A stretch of DNA of 64,000 nucleotides from Saccostrea echinata (taxonomy: Eukaryota). The notes below the pieces were generated by a model that searched no databases, had not been told where the DNA came from, and worked only from the letters and a program-made list of their open reading frames with translations. The DNA lies in NCBI RefSeq assembly GCF_033153115.1, contig NW_026889774.1, positions 11,594,001-11,658,000 of the forward strand, in the 5' to 3' direction. Each line of letters begins with the position of its first letter. Positions within the stretch are counted from its first letter, which is position 1. Shown here piece after piece: positions 11,881 through 25,400 of the stretch. A program made the translations under genes and the position numbers.

Positions 11881-14800
11881 GTATAATACTGACATTTCTT
11901 TTTGCTGTGCATTATGGTATCAGCATGCTTAATTATTAATTTCATTGCTAGCTGCATTTAATATAGCACATGTCATTTGATTGATAATTAAAGATGATAA
12001 CATCCTTACACCGTTCATTGAATTTAGTCAGAGGCATCACAATTATTTTTTACCTAAAAGTAAACCTCCAGAAATGCTTAAGGTAATGTTGAAATGGTAA
12101 CTTTCACTTGTGAATATTATGGTCTAGATATTTATTTCTGAGGTAAATTGAGAAATATTGACTGGTTACTTTTCATTTCACTGTATTAAAACATTACAAA
12201 GGCACACAATCTAGATAAAACTGAAGTCAATAATATAAGTACATGTACTTTCATTTATTAGGAAAAAAATAACTGAATTTAGTTATGTCCCTGAATGCTA
12301 TAGAATTTATCTTTTTTTTTATGTGTTTAAATTGAAAATAAACATGATAAACATTTGCTTTCTTAGGTTTGATACTCTGATAAGAGAGATAACTCTTAAT
12401 GACATATATCTCTATTACTCTTTTATAAATAGATTTGTCAAGTTGAAATGTCTTTTTTGTTTAGTTTTGCCCAGCAAGCTATTGTATAATTGTTTGTACT
12501 TTACTTATAAAATACATTTCTTTTGGAAAATCAGAAAAGTTCAAGCAACATTTCATATGATTGAGCAGAGGGTTTATGAACCTTAATTGATTTAAGTATA
12601 ATGTACATGTACAAAATGTGAAGTATTATAATTAATTTTATTTCTTCCATCTTTACTTGTTAAAAGTAGAGAGTTCAGTATATACTGAGCAATGTCACTT
12701 GTCTGACACATCTAGGAAGTGAGAGTCTGGTCCATTGGATATAACAGGTTTTTGTACTTTATTTTTGTATTGGTTGTGCTGTGCAAAATGCAGATCTGGT
12801 GTAAAGATTAATGATCTCTGTCAACCTATTTAGTAAAGCATTGAGTTCTTTTGTTAACTTGTTAGGTGATCTATTCAAAGTAAAATCTTCCAACGTCATG
12901 CACAGTAAATTTTTTCATCATCAGTATAGACTTTGGCCTTGAGCAGAGGAAAACACGGACCTCTGAAAACAGAGGTGGGATCAGGTGCCATGGAGGAGCA
13001 AGCATCCCCTGTCAAGGGGTCTAACCCTTGTCATGATGGGGTAAATGGAAAATCCGTACACAATTCAGTATGGAATATATGACCTAACAATAGTATGTTT
13101 GAAAGACGCTCAACATATGACCTATTGATTCCTTATTCATTCAGTTATTTCACCTGATAAACTTGTTTCATAATGGTGTTTTATTTATTTATCTTCATAT
13201 ATGCTGCCATTTTCTACTTTTGTCGTTGTATTACCATGATGTTTTTAATACAGTATGGTAAAACATGAAATAAGTCATAAATTGAACACTATATTAAAAA
13301 AATATTTTTTAGTAATTCTGTAAATTTGGTGCAATTGTTTCTGAAAAACATTCAAGTGAAAGAAAAACTGTTTGTTGCATGTATGAACTTCTGTGTTTAC
13401 AAGAATAGCTTGTATTATATAGATGATCAGATTAAGAATAGAAAAACTATAACCCAATTGAGAGGCCTTTGGACATTTGACTTCATCATTGAACCAGATA
13501 GATTTTCATCAGATTTATCCAACGGACTGTAAAGTTGCTTTTGGAATGGACTGTTAGAGTAATGGTTGGGGGAGGGGGGGGGGGGGGGGATTGGCGATGA
13601 CAGGTTGTTCATAGGATTGTATGGGCGTAGAAATAATATGGTTGAAAGTGCTTAAGTTTTATGCATAGGTGTTTTAACTCAAAAAAAAAATTGGGCTGTA
13701 GTGTCTTATAGCTGTTAGCATGAATAAATTAGATGTGTGTCAATATTTCAATTTATATTTCTTTTATTTGAGAATTTTACTACATGTCGTTTGCTGAGTT
13801 TAAGTGGCTGAGCTTATCATGAAAGGTTTCTTCATTTTGATGATGGATGCCAGGAAAAATTTCTTTCCTGACGTAAATGAAAACTATTTTTGTAAGTTGA
13901 GAAATCGTCTGAAAAGACTCAGTTGCTCATCTGCAAAAAATTATCATTAATAGTCAAGCGATAAGTATTCCTTTGGAAATTCTCTGATTTTCAGACAAAA
14001 ACCCAGGGACATGTAATATATGTGCATTTTGAAAATTTTAATCAAATATAGCAAAGTTTGTTCCCTGGGTAAATTTTCTGCTATAGACACCTTCATCACT
14101 TGTTATGTTCTTTCGTAATGGCTTTGTGCACTATAGGAGTGTTCCTGGTCAGCTGTGTAACTGAGAAGATCATTTCTTGGCTATTGATCTGAACAGCACC
14201 CTGTGGAGTCCTTGGCATTTAGACACCAGCCAGTCAAACAGCACATATAATTTCATACATACACATACCATTGGCACATTGAATGAGATAGCCCAATTAC
14301 CAGCTACATAGATAAAGACACTGGTATCATCATGCTCTTGGATTCAGCAACACTAGGGGTTACCCAATCATAATCTGCCAAGAATTGAGAACTATTTATA
14401 TCTTTTGGCTGGTGTGTGTGTAAAACTTGTGTCATTCAATTGTGAATATCCTGTGAAAACTTTAGGAGTGAAGGATGTAACTTCCTGTAGGTTGTGTCAA
14501 ATCAAAATCTTGCACATGTGTGCTTGTGATTCAGGAGTTACTGATTGTGATGTGGAACAAAATAATTCTGGGAATTACGTAGTAAATACAGGGATATTTT
14601 TATAGGAGTAAAGGTTTGTGTATTTTGGTTATTGATATTGGGAGTGTGAATGGTATTTCATTCATTTGACCACTCCTGAACATACAAGATTCTGAAAACA
14701 TCTTGTTAGTTTCATGTATACATGTGGCCTGTGAGTTTGTTTACAGCATGTAGTTTTATCTGGGTCAGCCTCCAAGTATACTTCTTATCTTCTTCAGACA

Positions 14801-16425
14801 TCAGTTTCTTTGTGAAAAGAAAACCAGTATTTCTAATCTATTTGCCTTCCCCCTAATTTCCTGATAATGGTTTAATTGAATTTGGTGCGAATCCCAATAA
14901 AAATAGTTCCAATGGGAAAAGAAGTTTTTGTAGCCAGATTTGATGTTGGTAGACTGAGTGTGGTTTTGGGGGAAGAATGGAGAAGGATTCATGATCAATT
15001 CACAAAGGTGATGGAGTTTATACTGTTATGTTTTGTTTCTGGGGTATAAGAATGGGGTATTAATTTGGGAATGACTTGGCGTGTGGCTGTGCTTTTAATA
15101 TGCCTGATTGAGATCATTGGTTCACAATAGATGTAAGCCGATACTGTCAAAAGATACTGTCAATTTGGCAATATGGGGGCCTTGTGCCACGATCAAACCA
15201 TTTAGTTCAGTTGTTGTCATGTGTCATTGGCAGACTTTAGCACATGGCTTTGTTTCAAAATAAAACATGATTCAAGATTAATATTTGGGTCTTAAGAAAT
15301 CTACTTCCAAAATAATATTATCAAAGTAATGAAATATCTGAAGTTAAATGGTGTCATAACATTACCCATGTGATCGTTAGACTGATCGTGTGAAAAATGT
15401 AATTAACAAGTTGGAGAACGAAATTGAACATTGGTTATTAATTATTGGACAGATGGTGCCATCTGGGAAAAGACAACTTAAGATACAAGACAAAAAAATC
15501 AATCATATGTGATGCATGTTAGAAAAGACAAAGGTTTTTTTCCGAGGATGGACAAAGCAGGAAATATTTAACTGATGACTGCTTGCAACTTCCTATACAA
15601 TGTCAAGGACACTCAAAACTTCATTGTGTGTGTAGCTTGTAAACGTGTCTCAGATATTGGAATTATAAGTATTTTGTCATGATAGGGATTAAGGTAGGAC
15701 AGAAATAGTAGATTTGTGATTCATTGTGTAATATTGAGTTTTGTCAGTTGTTACAATTTTCCTCATGATGATGCTCACGAAGTACACGATTTGTGTGTGG
15801 GTGTCATGTGCAAGGTTCTGATTGAGCTTTAACTAAGCATCAGTTTTATCTTTGCCTAGTCTGGCTATATTTGAAGTTGAAACTTCTCAGAATTATGTAA
15901 TATGCTGAATGACTGGTTGGGTTTTTATTGATTGTGTTTTGAAGTAGGGGAATAAGACATCTCTGATTTCTGATTATTGTTGCTCAAGCCATATAGTGTC
16001 GACTCAGAGAGGTGGAATTTTTTTCATAAAGTCACAAAATTAATACACAAAATTGGTAGTTGATTACACCAAAAAATTCAGCAATGGTGAGAAATGCTTA
16101 GAAAATTATTCCATTATTGAGCTAACCCCAAGATTGCAAGTCATATTCTTGTATCAGCTACATAATTACATTGATTGAGAATTTATGAGAGAAAAAAATA
16201 AGGTGTTGAAAACCACCAAAATCACTGCAATGTGGAACTGCTATTCAGCAATAAGTATGCAGTGCAAAAACTTAAAGTAGATTTCAAATCTTCTACATTG
16301 TCAGGAACAATTCTTTTTTCTACACTTCAATTGCCCTTTTGTTTCTAATATGTACCATAATAATTTCTGTACAGAATGTTTAAGTTTTTTGTATGTTTTG
16401 TAGTTTGAACACAGATAAATTACAA

Positions 16426-19400
16426 ATGGATCTAAACTCTGGACCTTACTTAGAGTACCCTGATGGGACTGTGCCAAGTAAGTAGGAAAAATGGTACAAA
16501 ATTCACTATAGTAGAAAGCTATTTTATTAGGTTACTATCATGAGCTGATTTTCAATATATTCATTAGGTCTCTTTTTGGGTAAAACCTTGTGTGGATTCA
16601 TGATACATGTATGTATAATGTAAATACAATAAAGTATTTTTGTTTCAAATATTAGAATCTTTGGACTTTGAAACTTCTCCCTAAATTTCTCGGAGGGAGA
16701 AGTAACGTCTCCTTAAATTTTGGGTCTAGGTTGGTTACTGTATAGTATCTTGAAATCAAAAGAAACTGTGTTCAGTATGGAAAATTATTTTATACAAAGA
16801 AATGACAATGTTCCAAAAATTATATTTTCTGTTTGATATTTTTTCCCAGTGGTAACCAAGATGAACACAGGGCGGATGTCACCAGTTCGGTCCAGGACCA
16901 TGAAGGAATATGATACAGTAAGATAGCAGGCCACAAATTATCAAGTCTTTTTACATTACCTATAGGTCTTAATCTTACCTATCTCTTTTCCTGCATAAGT
17001 TTCTCATTAAAAAATTGTTGTTGTTATTAGAGAAATTATTAATGGACATGTATCAGCATTATGTTCATGATGTTTATACATTAATTTGAATGCATGAGTT
17101 TTTTTTAAGAAACAGAGATGAGTTAAAAGAAAAAAAAGAGAATAAGGATTAAAGTTAAAGATTTTGTAGTTAGTTGTAGTTAGTTGACAGATATCATGAA
17201 ATTTCTGTATGTTTACAATCAATGGATGAAAGAGAAAGAGGTACTGTGGTTCACCACTGAATGTAAGACAAATAATAAAGAATGTGGTACTGTTGTATAT
17301 ATGCAATAGTTAATCAAATTTCCTTTTATTTTTACTTAAAACAGCAAATAACAGAATTAAAGAAAGAAAACTTTAATTTAAAACTGAGGATTTATTTCAT
17401 GGAGGAGAGAATGCAGCAAAGGCTAGGAGATGGAGACGATGTGTTTAAAATTGTAAGATTTTCTTTTTCTTTAAATTTTCAGTGTCTGGCATAAGTATAT
17501 CGATTATTTATAAAGGCTTTGAAAAATAGGAACCATGTCTTTTAAAATAAGAATTTTTGCAGAAAATGATACTTATGTCTATATTTATAGAATATTGAAC
17601 TAAAAGTAGAAGTGGAGACCTTAAAGAAGGAACTGAAAGAAAAACAAGAATTATTGAAAAAAGCCTCGTAAGTATTTTATATGTTAATCATTGGTTGGTT
17701 GATTCTTCTGCAATGTCTGTAATGTTAGGTGTAAGAGATACTGACCAAATGAGAAAAGATTGTGCATCAGCTGTGACCAAAGTCCTTATCTCCTCTCTGT
17801 AAAGAAAAAAAACTGCAGAGTATTATAAATCAGGAATAAGTGAAGGGATGAACAAAGTCATTTTATTTTATTTTTCCCTAGTGAAGCCATAGAAACATTG
17901 TCCACAAAACGTGAAGAAGACCTACAAGAAATGCGCCGAGAAATGGAGGAGGAAATGAATGAAGTCAGGCAGAGGCTGGAAGAGGAAGTGGAGTGTAAAA
18001 AGAAGGTGACAAGAGATTGAGAGATTGTGTCAATTGTTTTTTGGTTTTTTTTTTATTTGTGGGGCCTGATTGATATCTTGCTTTATTGATTAATAATCAT
18101 GTTTCCTGAAATGACTTGTATTTGAGATGGAGAGATTACTGGTATTTCTGTTAATTTGTTGTGTTTGATTAATCTTTTATTGTAATAATTATTAATTTTA
18201 TTATATGTTGAACAGACGAGAGGTTGAAATGAACCATTTATTACTTCATCAACCCAAAATAGGATGCAGAAAATAAGACGATACCTGTCAATTGATTACA
18301 GAGTTTATTTAGTTTGTTGTAAATTTATGTGATTTCCTGCTTTTTTATTCTGTCAGGAGGTTGAAGCTTCCCAGAAGTCCCTACAGGAGGCTACTCATCA
18401 GCTGGCTGACCTGGAGAACCGGAATGAACAACTTCTAATGGAGATTCGGCAACTGGAACAATCCAAGGAGATCCAGATGCAGGTATGTTGGAAAATAGAA
18501 GATGATAAGTCACCTATAATAAAAATGAAAGTAAAAAATAAGTTTCGGGCTTAGTTTTAGGAGAATCAACAAAATTATTCAAGAAATAGTATGGAGCATA
18601 TAAAATATACATGTATAAATAAGTGAAGATACATATAAATTGATTGCATGGAATTCATAATAAATTGATTAAAATTTATCCATTTTTTAATGCAATGCTT
18701 TAATTTTTTATATTCAGTCATTAAAGGAAGATTTGGATGCACAAAAAAGGTAAGGCTTATTTACTTGTACATGGCTGTCTATCCAATGGAAGTGTATTAG
18801 TCATTTGTGGTTGTGGGGAGATTGAATTTTTTTTTTTCATCTTTAAGGGAGCTGGAAGCTCAAATTGAGGAGAATCAGAAGAACTTAGGACAAGCGGACC
18901 ATCTTCAGAGGATTAAAGAGGACCTAGAGGAAAAAGTGGAAATGTTGGAGAAAGAGTTGTCAAGAAAAGACCGGGATATGGAGGTTTGTGCACAGTTTTT
19001 GGATATTGTACATTCTGTGAATAAAACTCACTGCATTTTAGAAAGACATGTTTGATTTTTCACTTTGTGCATGGAAAGTTTGTAGTAATCTATAATTTAA
19101 AGATAAAAATTTTCATTATTCTAGAGAGTTTAACTTGAAAATTCATATTGAATCAAGTGCCAAAAACTTTTGAGTGTGCATTTTTAATGCAAATAAAGGT
19201 GTAAACTTCACATACTAATGCAGGGAAAAAAATCTTAAGAGTAAGAAGCGCTTTATCTTAACGTAAATCCATCTCTTTTTTTTTTAATAATGAATCATCT
19301 TGGAATAACTTCTTGATGCTGATCATTTTAGGATATTAGAACCAAGTAGCTAGTTTGAGAATTTTTCAATAGGGATTGAATTATGTTTGCTTCTTGTTTT

Positions 19401-22400
19401 AATTTTTACATTGATGTTATGGTTTGAGATAAATAGGGGCAAAACTGTAAGGAAATAGAATTATATAGTTGTTGAATGTTTTCATGTGAATGTAAATTGT
19501 AGATAGTCTCTTTCCTCCATGCCCGGACATGATTATTTCTGATCATCACTGATCATGTTTGTTTTCTTTCTCTCTGACATGCAGCATTTGTCATGTATTG
19601 TCAAAGACACCACACAGGTAGAAAGTGAGTCCTTCCTGGCCCCCCGCCATTTACAGGTGGGTCTCATCAGTAATTACGCTAGAATTACCAATGGTAGACG
19701 GGCCTTATCTGCACCCACTAACATTCACAGTAGAGCAATCCTATCTAACATTGCAGTAGAAATGACCACTTACTGGCACCTTACATGTATTTATGTTTAT
19801 TGTATATTTATTAAAAAATTCTATTGTATATTGATACGTAATTATTATTTTCAGGTTAATCTTGGCAAAGACTTAATGTCATTAATTCAGATTATTTACT
19901 TGTAATTTACAATGTTTAAAACTTTTTTTGTTCAATTTGTCCTTATATGAATTGACAATGAAAAAAGTTATGTATTTGATTAAATATTTTCTTAAAAAAT
20001 GGTATTGTATAAATACTTGCATAGCAGATTATTTATTACTGTACATGAAAAATAGGGAAGGATATCTTTCAGAATACAAGGAATTTTATTTTGAGAATAG
20101 GATATTAAACTTTGTTCTAAAGATCCCAGGGTGAAGTAAAATAAGAAAAAAAAACTGACCAAAGCATGTATACAACATTGTTTTTATTTAGCAATATCCA
20201 TGCTTTATTAGTTTTATTTTTTTTTTTTCAACAGTCCTTTTAATATCACAGCTAAAAAATTATAGTCACTTTTATGTTGGCTGCATGAGTAGGAACATAA
20301 ACTTATATTTACTTCTTGGTTGATGTTGATTGTGGTCTATGGTTTATTGTCCTATTTTTGTATCTCCTTTCTTTTTTTCACATCACTCCTTTTGTTTTCA
20401 TTAACAAACATTTTAAGGTAGAGTTGGTAATTTATCATTAAACTTCATGAAGAAGTAGTCACACTTTAGAAAATTATTAGCTAGACAGGTAATGCCGTTT
20501 GTGGCTTGAGTAGATTTTTGCTTTTTTCAATATGTTTGACATTTTGAGCTCATCTCAACAAAGGAGAATCACTATACTCTTGATATTGGCTTTACTTTAT
20601 CAGGTTAAAGTTTGGGAACCAGATTCATTTTCAAGTAACATTTAGCCCCTATGTGTATTGCTTGATTCAGATTAAAGATGAGATGCAATTTGTCTTATAT
20701 ACAATATCTGGTAATTTATCCTAGACTCAACAATTGTGGATTACATAGTTACTTAGGTCTCACAGGTAAACAGTATTATCTAGACCCCTAGCCAATCCAT
20801 ACCTTTTAATGAGAAAAAAGTAATGCATCTTAACAAAATCAAAGATTCATTGGGTATGAGACTTTGCCTTACCTATATGCAATATTTGTTGAGGTGAGCA
20901 ACCATGTATGTAGTATTTTCTCAATGCCCAAAATGATAAAAAAAAAATTCATTTAATGCTTTTGATTTAGTTTCCTAAGACTATACCAAGACTGTATTTG
21001 GTGATCGCTTTTAATTTGTAGTGTGTATGATTAAATACATGTATCACTTTATTTTATTTTAGAATTTTTTAGTTATTGAATTCACAATATTATTCTGGAA
21101 GAAGAGTTTCTAAAACCCAAATCTGTGTTCGAGATGAACTATTTGTTTCTAAACTCCAAATTTGTGTTCATTGTTAGGATGAAGTGGATGATCAAAGATC
21201 TGAATTAGATACCTTGAAAACTAAAGTGGAAGATCTGAAGGAGGATGCAGAGAAAAAGAATGAGATGATTGGAGTAAGTATGGGTTATTGGTGTCCATAA
21301 GAAGCACTTAGAGCTTTTTTTGGGGGGGGGGGGGGGCTAAACAGAAATTCTTTGACAAAAGAAAAGGTCTTCAGACATTATTATTTTGGGGGCACAACTG
21401 TAAATTCATGAAATTAGCTGTTTTTCTGTTGTTTAATATATATTGGTTAATTATTTTGGGAAAGCAGGGGTGAGTTACACCAACAGTTTCTAACTCAAGA
21501 AACACTGGATTTTTATTTTAGAACATATGAATTTTATTTTAATTATAAAAAAGAGGGTTGTGAATTCTTTAGACAGAAGGAATTCTGAGATACAGTACCA
21601 CATGTTGTATGTGAATTAGGTCACTTTCTCTCATAAACTAAATTTTAATTACCTTGCAGAAACTTGAAGATCTGTTGAAAGCAAACGAAGAAGAAAAGAA
21701 AGTAAGTGTTGATTTTCGCTGTCCATGCTAAGGTCAGAAGACTTAATTATATATAATTTTTCCCAGAATTTGAGATTGAAGTATTTAACTATTCCTGAAA
21801 TGACTTCAATGTAGTGTAATAGCTAAGAATGATTTAAAATTTTGTGTTTTTATTTGTAGGATGCTTTGAGGAAGTTAAAAGAGGCAGACAACAAATTAAA
21901 AAAGCATGAAGACTTACAACCAGTGTGGAACTCCACTGTAAAAGGTCTACACCAGGACCTTAGGAAGAGAAATAAAGAGGTCAGAGGTCAACAATTGAAT
22001 CATTTAAATTTGTGGGGGTGTAGGGGGTCAATGTTCATGGACAACCAAAATTTTACCTATTCGTGAGGATGTTATTTTGTGGGTGATTTTTTTATACAGG
22101 AGATTCAGTGAACTGATACATTGACTAAGATTTCATTCATGGGGATGTAAATTTGAGGATAATTTGGTAAGCCATGGGTTACACACAAAATCCATGAGCA
22201 TTAGTCCCTCACAAATGATGATTCCTCAGTGCATGAGAGGTTTATATAGGCTATGCCTGCTGCCCATCCATTTATGTTTCAATATTTACATTTCCAATGT
22301 CTTTGTCCGAGATAAAATTTCAAATAGTAAAAATACTTTATTTCTACATAAATCTACTGGTTCATCGAAAGGCGTGGTGAAAAAAAATCATGTGCGGGGC

Positions 22401-25400
22401 GGGACAAACAGAAGCGGGGCTTGTAGCACGCAGCTTGTAGCATGTGGCAGAATCAAGAGCATGTAAATATAAGGAATAACTGTCAGATTTTTTGGTTTCA
22501 TGACGATGATCAATCGATTGGCTTGCGTGATAATTTTATGCATAAATGCCTTTGGCGTTTATGCAAATTATCACGCAAGCCAATCGCTTGATCACATCAT
22601 GAAACCAAAAAATTAGACAGTTATTCCTTAAGAACATAATAAAATATGTTCAAATCCAAAAAAAAAAAAAGTGCATGAATTGTATAATGAGGAGGAAAAA
22701 GATCTTACTGTGTTTTTTTTTCTCTTTCTCTTTACTACATGTACCTCATTTTGAAATTTAAAATATGGAATGAAATGCTGAAAATATACATGAAATATAA
22801 AAGTTGGGATCCTTTCAAAACTGCGGAGATCGTTTTGTATGTTTACATTAATAATACTGTGATACTTTCCCTTTTTAAAGGGCTTTCTTTTTAATTTAAC
22901 GTATTTGGAAATTCAGGTACCAGTACATTTCATGTGAGAATGATTTGAATTGCACAAATTTCAGATTTGTTGAAGTGCTTAGCACAGTTTTGTGAAGTGG
23001 TAATTAAGAGTTATTCCCCTTAGGTTGCTTCTCAGATAATGATCAATTAAATGCCTGAGAGGAAAAAATATGTTTGTTAATTTCACTGTTACAATTATTT
23101 TATCACAATGAGTTTTTCTGACTAGGTATATCTCATTATTTTCATTTTTCACATCATGTAAATGTATTATATTTAACACTAGAAGAGGCACAGGAATTAA
23201 AACTTGGTTATTAATACAGATCATATTATGTTCAATATTTCATAACTGATTAAAAAAAGAAAAAAAATGTTTTTCCAATAAAGTGTCTGTATTATTATCA
23301 GTTTCTAATCACTTCTGGCAATTTTGAGGTACAAAGCTGATACATATGTACTAGGATCTTGGGTTTATTTGGGGTCTGATATTGCAAAGAGATCTATATA
23401 TTGTTAATGGTTTCTGATGTTATGTATTGAAAAATAGAGAGAACTCTCTAGCATGTTTAAGGTATATTATTTATAATATTATTATAATAAAGTTTTCATC
23501 ATAAATCTTTAATGAAGTCATAAGCAAGTGTCTTCATATCTGACAATAGAAAATAGGCACAATTATTATGAAACTTTTTTTTTAAGATGTTACAAATTTA
23601 CTGAGATAATTATTTGATGAGTTGATATTTCTATCATCTACAGGTCGATGATTTGAAGGATAAACTAGAGAGAAAGGAAGAGGAACTTAGACGATGTCAG
23701 GATGAATTGCACACCTTGTCTGTCCAAAAACAAAAGGTAGGTCTCCTGATGTTGTGTGCTGCTGTGCTATGTTAATTTGATTTGCAGTGATTTGATCTGA
23801 AAGTTTTCTAATTTGTGAGAGAATGTCTTTTGCATTAATATTGTTTCTGAAATATATTTCAATTAGGGATGGCAATTTGTAATCGGTTAACCGGTTACTC
23901 GGTCGGAACGATGGTAATCGGTTAGAAAATCTGTAATCGGTTAGTCGGAAAAAAAATACCCGGTAATATATGTGTAAATCTGAACACAATTTCATAAAAA
24001 AATCATTTAAAAAAGATACATCAAAAATATGTTAATTTTTTACCTATCTATTTAAGCTGATTCGGAGATAATTTAGGCTGTACAGATGGACACCACGGGG
24101 GTAATTAGTCAGTTTTTGAGATGTTAATTGTTTTGTAAACACCATGTCGTTACCCGTGTTTCTTTAATGATTTAAATTAAATGATCGTTGAGTACTGCAA
24201 ACTGTTTATAATGTGTACCTTACCTCTTCTGTCCTTTGCCGTTACCTATCAAATTGTATTATTAAACAAACAATGTAAATTAAGCTATCATGGTTTTGAT
24301 AATGGTGACAATGTAGAATGAATTTGCACGACATCTCTTCTGATATTTTTTAACGTATCTGATATACTTCAGGCATATCCTATGGGTTTCTTTCTCTCCT
24401 TTTTTTTGGCTTATTAAAATTAAGATAATGTATAATAAAATAATGTAAACATCTGATAAATTATAAACATGCCGGTAATATTTATTTACTATACGTAACA
24501 TTTTTTTAATAGAGCTTACAATGAAGAAATATGTCGAGAATTTTTGATACGATTAACCTATTAATCGGTCGGAACGTCTTGCGGTTAACCGATTGGCAAT
24601 TCTGTATTCGATTGCCATCCCTAATTTCAATTGATTTTTTTTTGGAAGGGGGGGGGGGTCTGGGCTTTCAAACAAAGAAGAAGATATTAAGTGTTTGATA
24701 GGCAGAGTAATCTACATGTAATTAAGTGTACATTTAGAGTTATTGCATGACTGTGTAATGTATAGCATAACATGCAAGAAAAATCTGTATGCATGTCTAG
24801 TGTCTTCTTATCAAAAATAGACTTGATCGCCCAACTTTCGATGTAAATGATTTTAAGAACAATATTGCAGAAGGGGAGGAATAAAAGGGAGAAGATGCTA
24901 TAAAATTATTATATTTAATCAACTATGCTGATAAAATCATTTGAGTTTAATCACCTCTTGTATTACCCCAAAAAATCAGTATGGTTGTACTTAGCGGGGA
25001 AAAGAGTGTATAAGAGGCCTCGAGTGGTACTGGTGGAATTGTTTTTACTGGAGATTAATAGTTATAACATGAAAAAAAGAATAGCTCTGAATAACAGTAA
25101 TCCGCCTTAGACTGACCTTTGTTTAAAATCAACTTCACTGGGGTATAAAATGCAATTAAAATGTCTTTGTTGTCTTGCGAGTTTAACTTTTTCCTCAATA
25201 GAAAGAAAATATTGAAAAGCTGTGGATTACTCTATCATGGAGATCATGGGGGATTTTTGTCCTTCTTTTGCCTATTTTGTATTTTCATATATATTGATGA
25301 AAGGGCACCTCCTCTTTTGTGTGTTAATTTGTAAAAATAGACGAATGCTTTGATCTCTTGCATGTAGAAAAAATATTGAAAATTCATTATTGATACATTT

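Noticed and set aside
12950-13060. Fragment resembling a common oyster interspersed repeat (gtgggatcaggtgcc..ggaggag.aagcatcccctg)
   Set aside because: It is too short and degraded to assign boundaries or a family without a database search.
16655-16729. Possible extra exon between centrosomin exons 1 and 2
   Set aside because: It has an in-frame TAA in the required phase, and exons 1 and 2 already join in phase.
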